From the IMG/VR virus record IMGVR_UViG_3300038629_000369: a DNA stretch of 64,000 bases, one strand, 5' to 3'. Under the pieces are notes generated by a model, which saw only the letters and a program-made list of their open reading frames with translations, did no database searches and was not told the DNA's origin. Shown here piece by piece: positions 10,309 to 19,132 of the stretch (position 1 is the first letter of the stretch; each line of letters begins with the position of its first letter). The stretch is from an uncultured virus (IMG/VR IMGVR_UViG_3300038629_000369). Lineage: Duplodnaviria; Heunggongvirae; Uroviricota; Caudoviricetes. Position numbers and translations under genes: made by a program.

Positions 10309-10725
10309 ATGAGTGACGACGACGTCGCAGCGGCCCTAGATACCGCATCTGAAATTGTAGGTTTGGGAGCACTCAGCCCTGGCCCCATCGGTGTCATCGC
10401 CAAGATCGCGTCGATGGCGCTCAAAGCCGGCGCAGCGCTCGCGAAAGCAGGCAAGGACCCGGTCATCGAGATCGAGCGCATCCTGTCGGCCGAGCCCGAG
10501 GTGGCCAAGGCAGAGGGCGACTGGGATGAGTATGCCAAGGGACTGTTCGGTGGACTGTTCGGTGACGCTACCGTGCCGTCACCGCCGCCAGCTGGTAGGC
10601 GCAAGACGGACCCGCCACCAGCGAGCGAGTCGACACCAAGCTCGTTCGAGAAGCGTGAGACCGATCCAACGATGGCGGCGGTAACCGGCGACGAAGACGA
10701 CGAAGATCCGTACGAGGGAGACTGA
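10309..10725 (+). CDS. Hypothetical protein
   Basis: 138-aa ORF in the operon frame; acidic/Pro-rich tail. Confidence 0.5.
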   Translation: MSDDDVAAALDTASEIVGLGALSPGPIGVIAKIASMALKAGAALAKAGKDPVIEIERILSAEPEVAKAEGDWDEYAKGLFGGLFGDATVPSPPPAGRRKTDPPPASESTPSSFEKRETDPTMAAVTGDEDDEDPYEGD

Positions 10726-10726
10726 G

Positions 10727-11407
10727 ATGGCGACAGGTAAGCAGGTGTATAGGAAGCGACGACGAGAGCGCTCGCGTGGCAAGTACCTGGCGCGTTGGGA
10801 GACAACAAAGGGCCGGATGATCACTGCTCACGAGCGCGAGTTCGACGACCTCCATGAAGCGGTGCAGTTCACGTCGAAATCTGTGGTCAAAGTACGAAAC
10901 GCAAGAAGCGGCGTTATCTTCGGACCAGAGGGTGGAATCGTCTACGAGGTGTGGCAGGGCGGCCTGCAACGTGGACCGTTTTTCTACGAACCCAATGTCG
11001 CCGACGATCCCATCATTGGCTCCGTCGGCGACGTCAATCCGATCGAGTACGGCGGCGGTGTCGTTTTCGATACGGAGCACGGCCCCGTTCTCGAATACAC
11101 ACGTGGTCTCGAAGACGAAGAAGTTGACGAAGACGACGAAGGCGCCACCGAGCTTTCGCTCTATCGTGTCGACATCGAAGAAGATGCTCTGGAGCACCTC
11201 AACTGGGTAAAGCCAGGCGATCTGAAAAGCATCGCGCAAACCATGGACCGATCCGTCAAAGAGTTACGCAAGGCAGCCAAGAGCGAAGACGTGATGCAGC
11301 GCGTGAGTTTCTACGAAGACGTGGCTGGTTATTACGGATGGGAAAATCTGGACAGCTATCCGTTCAAGATCACGGCACGCGAGCTGGAGCAACGTTGGGA
11401 GCAGTGA
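10727..11407 (+). CDS. Hypothetical protein with basic N-terminus and acidic core
   Basis: 226-aa ORF, GAGGGAG RBS, tightly packed. Confidence 0.6.
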   Translation: MATGKQVYRKRRRERSRGKYLARWETTKGRMITAHEREFDDLHEAVQFTSKSVVKVRNARSGVIFGPEGGIVYEVWQGGLQRGPFFYEPNVADDPIIGSVGDVNPIEYGGGVVFDTEHGPVLEYTRGLEDEEVDEDDEGATELSLYRVDIEEDALEHLNWVKPGDLKSIAQTMDRSVKELRKAAKSEDVMQRVSFYEDVAGYYGWENLDSYPFKITARELEQRWEQ

Positions 11408-11420
11408 CCGAGGTGATGAC

Positions 11421-12653
11421 ATGAGCATCAAATGGGGACACATGGACGTTGGCGGCCAGCGACAATATTTCGCTGAGGCCCCCGGCGTTGGCGTCTACAC
11501 AGTAGACAGGGATGGCCCTCGTGCTCGGTGGGAGCTTTGGTTTCTGCCCGAGGGCGGCGAGCCGAAAGATTTGAAGATGCTCTCCGAAGCATGGTCGTAC
11601 AAGGACAGCAAAGAGAGGGCCGAGAAGCACGCCAGCGGCTACACCCCCAACTCGTCCGATGACGACATCCCTATTGCCAACCCAAAGCCTCGTTTCAACT
11701 GGTATCACGTCGACAGCGACGGAACGCGCAGCTACTACGTCGAGCTGTCCGGTGGTTCTGGCTATTCGGTAACGCGAGAAGGACCATGGTGGGAAGTCAA
11801 CTATCTCTCACACGCCGGCGAGTTAGAGACAGTCACCCGCTACGCCGAGACGGCCACACAAGGGCGCGAGATGGCCGAGCAACATGCGCGTGGCGAGTTC
11901 AGGCTGATGCAGCCGCGCTCAACGCGAAAGAAGGCTCCGCTTGGCTACCTGCCAAATCCTAATGCCAGCGATGAGATCCCCATTGCCAACCCTGACGACG
12001 CCAACTGGAACGACAACCTGTACGAGCTGTGGTTCGGCGCAGTCGGCACGCAGAAGCTGTACGTCTGGGCGAGCAGTTTTGACTCGGCGTGGGAGACTGC
12101 GGTCGAGTGGCTCGACGACAAGGGTAAGTGCGGCTACTTCACGTTCCTCGGCGAGAACGAGCTGCGCGAAGCGGCTGACGATCTCGGGATCAGGTGGCCC
12201 GGCATCAAAGCGTTCTCTGGCTCGATCGGTAGCCGCGCAGAGAAAATTCTCGAACGCGCCGAAGCCGACCTGACCGTCATCGGTCACACAACGCTGGAGT
12301 GTGAGAAAAAGATGAAAGGCTCGGCGTACATTGCCAGCCACGAGTGGGGCGGTCGTGACGTCACAAGGCGCGATGAGTATGACGAAGTGCGTCGTCGCAG
12401 TCTGAGCAAGTCGGTGAAGATCAGTTACGCCGCCTACAACGTCTTCCAGCAGTATTGGCACGGCCAAGGGGACGCCCTCTACGCGGTGCTGTCGCGCCGC
12501 GGCAACAGCGTTGACTGGGTGACCGTCGACGCCATGCCGGATGAGATAGAACGGCTCGAAGAAACGGCCGAGGAAATCACCGATAACGAAGACTCGACTC
12601 CCGGTGAGGTTCGCACTGCGGAGGCGATGCTCAAACAGCTCTCGTATGACTGA
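11421..12653 (+). CDS. Multi-module hypothetical protein with repeated D-x-I-P-I-A-N-P linkers
   Basis: GAGGTG RBS; two similar N-terminal modules, each followed by GY.PN...DIPIANP or EIPIANP. Confidence 0.65.
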   Translation: MSIKWGHMDVGGQRQYFAEAPGVGVYTVDRDGPRARWELWFLPEGGEPKDLKMLSEAWSYKDSKERAEKHASGYTPNSSDDDIPIANPKPRFNWYHVDSDGTRSYYVELSGGSGYSVTREGPWWEVNYLSHAGELETVTRYAETATQGREMAEQHARGEFRLMQPRSTRKKAPLGYLPNPNASDEIPIANPDDANWNDNLYELWFGAVGTQKLYVWASSFDSAWETAVEWLDDKGKCGYFTFLGENELREAADDLGIRWPGIKAFSGSIGSRAEKILERAEADLTVIGHTTLECEKKMKGSAYIASHEWGGRDVTRRDEYDEVRRRSLSKSVKISYAAYNVFQQYWHGQGDALYAVLSRRGNSVDWVTVDAMPDEIERLEETAEEITDNEDSTPGEVRTAEAMLKQLSYD

Positions 12654-12859
12654 TGCTCCAGGCCGTTCCAAATCATCCGTACGCCATGTACGGCGCCGTG
12701 CGCGACGATTACGGCCGCGTCATCATCAGCTTCGCCTGTAAGCAGTGTGGTGATCGGTATCAGAAAGTCTGCCAAAATACGAAGCGCATTCCGTGGCACG
12801 CATACCGTTACGGTGTCATCCACGCACACGGCCTCCGGCCGGTCCACGCACAGAGGTAA
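12653..12859 (+). CDS. Small Zn-finger-like protein
   Basis: CKQC plus C/H residues; TGATG overlap. Confidence 0.45.
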   Translation: MLQAVPNHPYAMYGAVRDDYGRVIISFACKQCGDRYQKVCQNTKRIPWHAYRYGVIHAHGLRPVHAQR

Positions 12860-12862
12860 ACC

Positions 12863-13270
12863 ATGAAAGCAACTGCCGGCGCACACCAAGTTCCGAACCC
12901 GTCCTACGTCACCCAGCGCGATGACGGCGGCACCGGCGCCATCACCACCAGTGAGACGGTGCTTTCAACGGCGCCGTCGATCAAGGGCGGCGATGCACCC
13001 AAGAAGATCGACTTCTCGTGCAACATCAACCCCGACGGAGCGGGTCAGGTGCTCACGTTTCGGCTCTATCGAAACGGCACCCAAATTTCATCTGCGTCCG
13101 ATACTTTCCGTAAAGGTCTACCGGCCACCACCGACATCGATCCGATCACGTTGCACTGGGTGGACGAGAGCCCAGGCAAGGCGACGCCGGTGTACGAAGT
13201 GCGCGCCACGTCCACCGTCGATGGCACCGTGAACGCCAGCTCTCGCCGACTCACCGTTCACAACATCTAG
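12863..13270 (+). CDS. Beta-rich protein, paralog A
   Basis: Shares STAP.IKGGDAPK, TLHW.D.SPGK..PVY..RA.S and RRLTV.N with 13282..13689. Confidence 0.65.
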   Translation: MKATAGAHQVPNPSYVTQRDDGGTGAITTSETVLSTAPSIKGGDAPKKIDFSCNINPDGAGQVLTFRLYRNGTQISSASDTFRKGLPATTDIDPITLHWVDESPGKATPVYEVRATSTVDGTVNASSRRLTVHNI

Positions 13271-13281
13271 GAGCTGGCGTC

Positions 13282-13689
13282 GTGAAAACAGTCATAGGCG
13301 GCCACGGGGTGCCGAGCCCTTCTGCTGTCACCAAGAAGGACACGGTAACAACGCCGACCATCCCCATGGGAGCCCCGGCGGTCATTTCCACTGCGCCGGC
13401 AATCAAAGGTGGCGATGCTCCAAAGGTGATCATCTTCACCGTGGTGATTCTGCCGACCTCTAACGAGACCGTCACCTTTCATATGTTTCGCGACGGCGCC
13501 GAAGTCGACGCTACCGACGCATACATGCAAGGGGCAGATCCTGCTGCACCAACACCCATAGCCTTTACCTTGCATTGGTACGATCCATCACCCGGAAAAG
13601 GCGCGCCGGTGTACGACATCCGTGCGGAGTCGTCTGCCGCCGCTGGAACGACAGCCAACGGTCGGCGTCTCACCGTGATGAACGCTTAG
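13282..13689 (+). CDS. Beta-rich protein, paralog B
   Basis: AGGAG RBS; colinear similarity to 12863..13270. Confidence 0.65.
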   Translation: MKTVIGGHGVPSPSAVTKKDTVTTPTIPMGAPAVISTAPAIKGGDAPKVIIFTVVILPTSNETVTFHMFRDGAEVDATDAYMQGADPAAPTPIAFTLHWYDPSPGKGAPVYDIRAESSAAAGTTANGRRLTVMNA

Positions 13690-13696
13690 GGTTAGC

Positions 13697-14539
13697 ATGA
13701 CCGACCTTGTCGCCTGGACCGGACCCGTGGCACAGTTTCAGGTGCCCGGTGCCACGGTGCCAGGCGCCAAGGAGCTGTTCATCACGTGCGAAGGCATGCG
13801 TGGTCCGAATCCGTATTGCCCAGACATCGGAGAAGCGTTGCGCTCATCGCCGACAGCACTGGCTGCGCGAGCCGGTGTAGCAGAGCTTGACGAGCTGTAC
13901 CTTGGCGCGTTCTCTGCTGGCGGCAGCATCCTCAAGCGCCTGCTCGCAACCCAGGCGTACCGTGACGCGACCACAGCTGTGATGCTGTCAGACGCTACCT
14001 ACACCACCGGCTGGGTCGGCGATCCCGCCGATCGAAACCCGCCACCGATCGATGGGTACGTACAGTACGCCGTCGACGTCGCCAGTGGACCCGGCGACAA
14101 GCTGTTCGTGGCTACGGCGTCGCCCATGCCTAACAAGAACTGGTCCACCGGCGTGGAGACACTCGCTGCTATTCGGCGTGAGGTAGAAGCTCGCACGGGC
14201 CGTACGTTTGATCTGCTCGACGACTTCTTTGGAATCGAACCCCAACCCGAGCGTGCGTACAAGCTCGGCAATGTGATTTTCGCCGAGTACCCGGCCGAGC
14301 CTCTTGGTCATGGTCACACCAAGATAGCACCGCAGGTGTGGCAACAGATCCTCCAGCCATGGCTCGCGAAGGGAAAGGGCGCTATCGAGGCATCCGGTGG
14401 GCTCATCGACCCCACGCCGCAGCCTACGCCGACCAACGGCGACGACGGCGTCAACATTGGCGCTGTCCTACTCGGTCTGCTTGGAGTGGGAGCCGGCTAC
14501 CTCGCCATCAGCAAGCTCATGAGGCGTCGTGACCGTTGA
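13697..14539 (+). CDS. Alpha/beta-hydrolase-like protein with C-terminal membrane anchor
   Basis: Nucleophile-elbow-like LGAFSAGG, then LSDA and a late His (GHGH); Pro/Thr linker, TM helix, basic tail. Confidence 0.5.
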   Translation: MTDLVAWTGPVAQFQVPGATVPGAKELFITCEGMRGPNPYCPDIGEALRSSPTALAARAGVAELDELYLGAFSAGGSILKRLLATQAYRDATTAVMLSDATYTTGWVGDPADRNPPPIDGYVQYAVDVASGPGDKLFVATASPMPNKNWSTGVETLAAIRREVEARTGRTFDLLDDFFGIEPQPERAYKLGNVIFAEYPAEPLGHGHTKIAPQVWQQILQPWLAKGKGAIEASGGLIDPTPQPTPTNGDDGVNIGAVLLGLLGVGAGYLAISKLMRRRDR

Positions 14540-15551
14540 GACGTTCTACCACGGCACCTCAGCCGTGGCCGCGTCGCGCATCTTGGCCGATGGTTTCGAT
14601 GTACATGCGCCCAGGGTCTGCGACCCCGGCGACCTTGGTTGGGGGGTCTACCTAACCAGTGGACCGTCGCGCGCGCGTGCCTGCGGCGACACTGTGCTTG
14701 CCGTCACCGTCGACACCACCAACTTTGCGCGCATCCGCAACCCGTACTTCATCGAGGGGCTCAAGCCCGTCAAACCCAGAGGTGGAGTCGAGAAGCTTTT
14801 TTACGGTGCCGCATTCGATCGTCATGGAGAGATGCTCACCGTCAAAGGTAGGGGGCGCGTGGCTGCGTCTAAGAAGGTGGCGCGCACATTCCTTGACGCT
14901 GGCTACGACGGCATCATCGCTGGACCATTCGATATTAGTGGCATCGAGGTGGTGGTGTTCGATCCGGACGAAGCCATCGTCGACGTAGCGCGCATGGCTA
15001 AGCGCAATCCACCGACAGACTTACTGGAGAACGATTGCATTGGCTTTGTCGTCTTGCATACCAGGGACAACAATCTCCTAGTTGTGGCTGGTGACGTGCG
15101 GTTCGAGTTTGATGAGCACACGCAACTGATGGGAATGCTGCTCACGAGACCTGCTGAAATGGCAGAGCTACCGGTCTACCAGGTGACGCGATCGGCGGTT
15201 CGCAAACAGGCTCCCGCTGGTCTTGGTCCCAGGCTGTATCAATATGCGCTCTACATCGTTTCCATCGAAGATCCTCCCGGCGTGTTGCAACCCGACCTAC
15301 CCGTGACGTTGAGCGACTCAGCCAAGCGGGTGTGGCGAGTGTTTCAGGAACACGGCTGGGGACTAGGTGTTGATCAAGACCCTTATCTCGACTGGTACAG
15401 ATATGAGGGATCGAGTGCTACCACCGCACAACTTTTGGTGGCCGGAGAGCGCGGTCGTGAATGGATCGAGGACACGAGCTACGACGGCGACATCGAGTCG
15501 CTCTTGTTTAAGAAAGCATTGGCAACGTTCGGCGCGGCCATAGGTTACTGA
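14529..15551 (+). CDS. ADP-ribosyltransferase-like domain fused to a GNAT-like domain
   Basis: ART motifs FYHGTS, LGWGVYLTS, GYDGI, EVVVF; C-terminal half GLGPRLYQYAL...LSDSAKRVW resembles a GNAT acetyl-CoA motif. Confidence 0.6.
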   Translation: MTVETFYHGTSAVAASRILADGFDVHAPRVCDPGDLGWGVYLTSGPSRARACGDTVLAVTVDTTNFARIRNPYFIEGLKPVKPRGGVEKLFYGAAFDRHGEMLTVKGRGRVAASKKVARTFLDAGYDGIIAGPFDISGIEVVVFDPDEAIVDVARMAKRNPPTDLLENDCIGFVVLHTRDNNLLVVAGDVRFEFDEHTQLMGMLLTRPAEMAELPVYQVTRSAVRKQAPAGLGPRLYQYALYIVSIEDPPGVLQPDLPVTLSDSAKRVWRVFQEHGWGLGVDQDPYLDWYRYEGSSATTAQLLVAGERGREWIEDTSYDGDIESLLFKKALATFGAAIGY

Positions 15552-15552
15552 G

Positions 15553-16428
15553 GTGAGAAAAATGCGCCAGAACCCACCATGGGTAGATCGCATCCTTCGC
15601 GATCAGTGGTTCGACTTGACCGAGGTGATCGACCGACAGCGATTGCCGGTGCCGGGTGAGAAGTTCACCTTCGAGGAACTTGGCTGCGGCCACTACGGCT
15701 GCGTCATGCTCACGAAGCAAGAGGGTCTCGTTTTCAAGGTAACCACCGACGCGAGTGAAGCGGCGTTCGTTGCTGCGGCGCTCACACTGACCGAGTGGCC
15801 GCCGGGTATGATTCGCTACCACGACATCTTGGAGCTGCCTAAGAAGTACAAGAAGCGGCGCGTGTTCGTGCTCTGGAGACAGGAAGCTGACAATGTCGGC
15901 ATCTTTGCTACCACTGGCGATGAGCGCTACGTGAAGCGCTATGGAGAACACAGCGTACTGGAGTTCATGAAAAACAATCGGCAGTGGCAAATCACCGCTG
16001 CCAAGATGCGCGACCAGATGAAGCGCGCTAGCGATCCAGCCGCCTTCTTGGAGCGTACGCGCGCCGAAGCCGATCGCGCTTGGCGACTGTATGCCGACGA
16101 CCGCGCGTTCAAGCTCGGGCCGCTCTACGCCAACCGACGCATGAAGATGATCGCCTACGGTCACAAGGGACCGCTTGCGTTCGAGCTTCGGCGCATCTTG
16201 CTGGAGCAGCTCGCGATGGAGATGGCCCACACGCACGCCGGCTCTCTCATCGGTGAAGCGCTCGGCTACTACCTCGAAGAAGGAATGTTGCTCGCCGACG
16301 TGCACCTCGGAAACATCGGTGAAGCCGTCCCCGAGGGCTATGAAGACTGGGATCTGGTCATCACCGATCCCGGTCACATGGTGCCACTCGACCCGAAGTG
16401 GCTAAACGTGGAAATCCAGATGCTCTAG
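15553..16428 (+). CDS. Protein kinase-like (PKL fold) protein
   Basis: Gly loop LGCGHYGCV, VFKVT lysine, catalytic loop DVHLGNI, ITDPG (DFG equivalent). Confidence 0.7.
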   Translation: MRKMRQNPPWVDRILRDQWFDLTEVIDRQRLPVPGEKFTFEELGCGHYGCVMLTKQEGLVFKVTTDASEAAFVAAALTLTEWPPGMIRYHDILELPKKYKKRRVFVLWRQEADNVGIFATTGDERYVKRYGEHSVLEFMKNNRQWQITAAKMRDQMKRASDPAAFLERTRAEADRAWRLYADDRAFKLGPLYANRRMKMIAYGHKGPLAFELRRILLEQLAMEMAHTHAGSLIGEALGYYLEEGMLLADVHLGNIGEAVPEGYEDWDLVITDPGHMVPLDPKWLNVEIQML

Positions 16429-16450
16429 TTGTAGGATGCGCCGGTAGAAA

Positions 16451-16624
16451 ATGGCACAACCGAAAAAGCGCAAGAAGTTCACCACGATCAAGGTACGCGA
16501 CGACTTGCGTCGCTGGCTCAAGATCGAGGCCGCAGAGCAGGGTGTCCCAATGTACGAACTGGTCGAGAAGCTACTCGCCAAGGGCTCCAAAGGGCGCCCC
16601 TGGGAACAGGCAGCGAGCGCGTGA
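16451..16624 (+). CDS. Ribbon-helix-helix DNA-binding protein (57 aa; not in the ORF track)
   Basis: Own translation MAQPKKRKKFTTIKVRDDLRRWLKIEAAEQGVPMYELVEKLLAKGSKGRPWEQAASA fits an RHH pattern; stop codon overlaps the next GTG. Confidence 0.65.
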   Translation: MAQPKKRKKFTTIKVRDDLRRWLKIEAAEQGVPMYELVEKLLAKGSKGRPWEQAASA

Positions 16625-17484
16625 CGCGCTACCGGCGCAACGTGTTTCTGGCGCGTCCCACCGAAGCAGTGGGGCCCGCTACGCACGGCGTCGTGAAGTT
16701 TCCTGGCTTCCATACGGCCAGTGACAAAGACACCACCTACGCCTACGCGCAGATCAAAGTCGTACACCAGCACATCGACTACGACCCCGACGAGTCGCTG
16801 CGCGACATCACCCTCGACGACTACCCGGTCGTCATCGCGCTCGATATGAGCGGTATGAAAGCCAAGACCGACTTCGATGCTGTGGAGACAGTGAGGCCGG
16901 CGCTGGTCGATGTCGCCAAGCAAGTCGTTGGTGGTGACGAGATGCTGCCGTTGGATCAGCTAACCGACTACGTAGAGGGCGGTGACTACGGCGAGCGACA
17001 GATGCCTAACGAGGCATATCAATGGCTGTTCGAGTATGGCTCGTCCGTCGTGCTTGAGCCCGCCTCAGCGCTCCTGATGTGCGCCGAGGCACACGACAAC
17101 CCAAACGACTTCATTCGGGCGCTCGCAGACGGCTCACTACCGGACGACTCACTGGCAGAGATCACTGGCCAGTTTCGCTACACGAGCGACGTGCCAGCTG
17201 ACCGTGTTGTTGAGGCTTGGTATGTGCAGCCGTGGTGGCCGAATATTTTGGAGACGTACAACGACAAGCAGATGGAGCTGGCTGAGCAGCTCGAAGCGCT
17301 CAACTGGAGCGTCATCATGGACGACGATGTGCTCAGTCACACGCTCGGCGTAAAAGAGGCGTCCGTCTACAAACGCAGCGCACCAAAGAGCGCGCGCATC
17401 GAATACCACGGCACGAGTTATCGCAACTTGGCCAAGGCAGCGCCGGACATCGACTGGCCAATTCCACCTCATCCTTACGCATGA
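16621..17484 (+). CDS. Putative circularly permuted ART-fold protein
   Basis: GFHTASDKDTTYAYA...PVVIALD near the N-terminus, QFRYTSDVPADRV in the middle, EYHGTS at the C-terminus. Confidence 0.4.
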   Translation: MTRYRRNVFLARPTEAVGPATHGVVKFPGFHTASDKDTTYAYAQIKVVHQHIDYDPDESLRDITLDDYPVVIALDMSGMKAKTDFDAVETVRPALVDVAKQVVGGDEMLPLDQLTDYVEGGDYGERQMPNEAYQWLFEYGSSVVLEPASALLMCAEAHDNPNDFIRALADGSLPDDSLAEITGQFRYTSDVPADRVVEAWYVQPWWPNILETYNDKQMELAEQLEALNWSVIMDDDVLSHTLGVKEASVYKRSAPKSARIEYHGTSYRNLAKAAPDIDWPIPPHPYA

Positions 17485-18218
17485 ACAAGCCTACGAGAGC
17501 CGAGCCTAACCAGGGTCACTTAGCCAGCGTCGAGTCTATTGCAGAAACGGGCGAAGGCGAATTCGAGGACTACTACCCAGAGTCCGCAAGCGGCGAGCTT
17601 GAGGACGAGCAGACGCCTTATTTTGTGCGCAACGTGATCTGGATCGGTGACGAAGGAAAGATGATCCGCGCCGATCCTGACTACATGCAGCACATCTTCG
17701 GCAACATCTTCGATCCTGACAAGCTGGCGTCTATCGTCAACGGCATTCACGATCATCCTGACCGTGTCCGCTTCTACGCGCCGTACGGAACGGCATCACG
17801 CATCGGTCGACAGGAAGTGGTCGAGTCTCAGCAGTATTGGGAGGACGAAGGTCTCGACCGGCCATACACCACCGGAGACGATGAGCTGGATGAGTACCTA
17901 AAGGATCCCGAGGAAGCGATCTCCTACGAGCTGATCGGCGTGGCGAGTTGGGCCGAGCCTGGTGACAAAGAATGGGAAGAAGCGAAGGCCGATCTTGAGA
18001 AGCGACTGCAAGAAGCAATCAATGACGAGGATGGCGATTTCGGCTCGTGGGCTATCACCGTGCGCGACGGAAACCACCGCGCGTTTGGAGCGGTGCTAGC
18101 AGGTGAGCCCTACGTCTACGTGCGCCTAGAAGACAATCAGTACCAAGACCTCATGCAGAGCAAAAAGACCGGGACGCTGACCGACGAGCAAAAAGAGCTG
18201 CTGGAGATGCTCGACTGA
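17481..18218 (+). CDS. ParB/sulfiredoxin-like domain protein
   Basis: VRDGNHRAFGA motif. Confidence 0.55.
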   Translation: MNKPTRAEPNQGHLASVESIAETGEGEFEDYYPESASGELEDEQTPYFVRNVIWIGDEGKMIRADPDYMQHIFGNIFDPDKLASIVNGIHDHPDRVRFYAPYGTASRIGRQEVVESQQYWEDEGLDRPYTTGDDELDEYLKDPEEAISYELIGVASWAEPGDKEWEEAKADLEKRLQEAINDEDGDFGSWAITVRDGNHRAFGAVLAGEPYVYVRLEDNQYQDLMQSKKTGTLTDEQKELLEMLD

Positions 18219-19123
18219 TGGCGCAAAGAAACGCATTGGTCATCGGAGACGTTCACGGCTGCTCCGACGAGTTGGAGGAACTGCTGACGGCGGCGGATCT
18301 CGACACGATTGATCTCGTCGTCTTCGCAGGTGACTTGGTAGACAAGGGGCCCAACACCGTCAAGGTCGTCAAGATGGCGCGCAAGCTGTCGAAGCAGGTG
18401 CCGGTGGTGATCGTGGAGGGCAACCACGAAGAAAAGCATCGGCGCTTCCGTCGTCACCTTGCTCGCGGTGACACCAAGATCGCACGCAGCATGAGGGGCT
18501 CTGACTTCATGCAGTATGTGACGGAGCAGCTGAGCGACAAAGACATCGCCTTTCTCGACTCGGCGGTTCTGTACTACGCGCTACCGGAGCACAACGCGAT
18601 CGTGGTGCATGGCGGAATTCCCTCCAAGCTCGACGAGCTGCCGTCGAACAAGATGAGCGTCGTTGAAAAGCTACCCGGAAAGCGACGACGAGCTGTGCAG
18701 CAGGTGCAGCGCGTGCGCTACCTGACGCCCGAAGGTGACTTCGTCAAAATGGGCGAGGAAACCAAGCGCGACAACTACTGGGCAGACATCTACGACGGCC
18801 GTTTCGGCACCGTGCTCTTTGGTCACCAGCCGTTTCACGAGGCAGCGCAGCCGGTCACCTTCCCTCATGCGATTGGGCTCGACCTTGGGTGTGCGAGCGG
18901 CAATGCGCTAGGCGGCGCCATCTTGCGACCCGGCGAGCCAGCCGAGTTCATCGCGCGTCCAGCGGCCGAGCAGTATTACACCAAGAACGCGGGCGCTCGG
19001 GCGATGCCGGACCTGTATTCGGACAAGTGGCTTGGTTACGTGATGGTCAACGATCGCTGGGTGGCTGTCGTTGAGGCAGACACTGCTGACGAAGCGCTAC
19101 GACTGGCGTCCGTGACGGGGTAG
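18218..19123 (+). CDS. Calcineurin-like metallophosphoesterase (PPP family)
   Basis: GDVHG, GDLVDKG, GNHE, VHGG, FGH and LDLGC motifs. Confidence 0.85.
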   Translation: MAQRNALVIGDVHGCSDELEELLTAADLDTIDLVVFAGDLVDKGPNTVKVVKMARKLSKQVPVVIVEGNHEEKHRRFRRHLARGDTKIARSMRGSDFMQYVTEQLSDKDIAFLDSAVLYYALPEHNAIVVHGGIPSKLDELPSNKMSVVEKLPGKRRRAVQQVQRVRYLTPEGDFVKMGEETKRDNYWADIYDGRFGTVLFGHQPFHEAAQPVTFPHAIGLDLGCASGNALGGAILRPGEPAEFIARPAAEQYYTKNAGARAMPDLYSDKWLGYVMVNDRWVAVVEADTADEALRLASVTG

Positions 19124-19132
19124 ACTCAAGCC

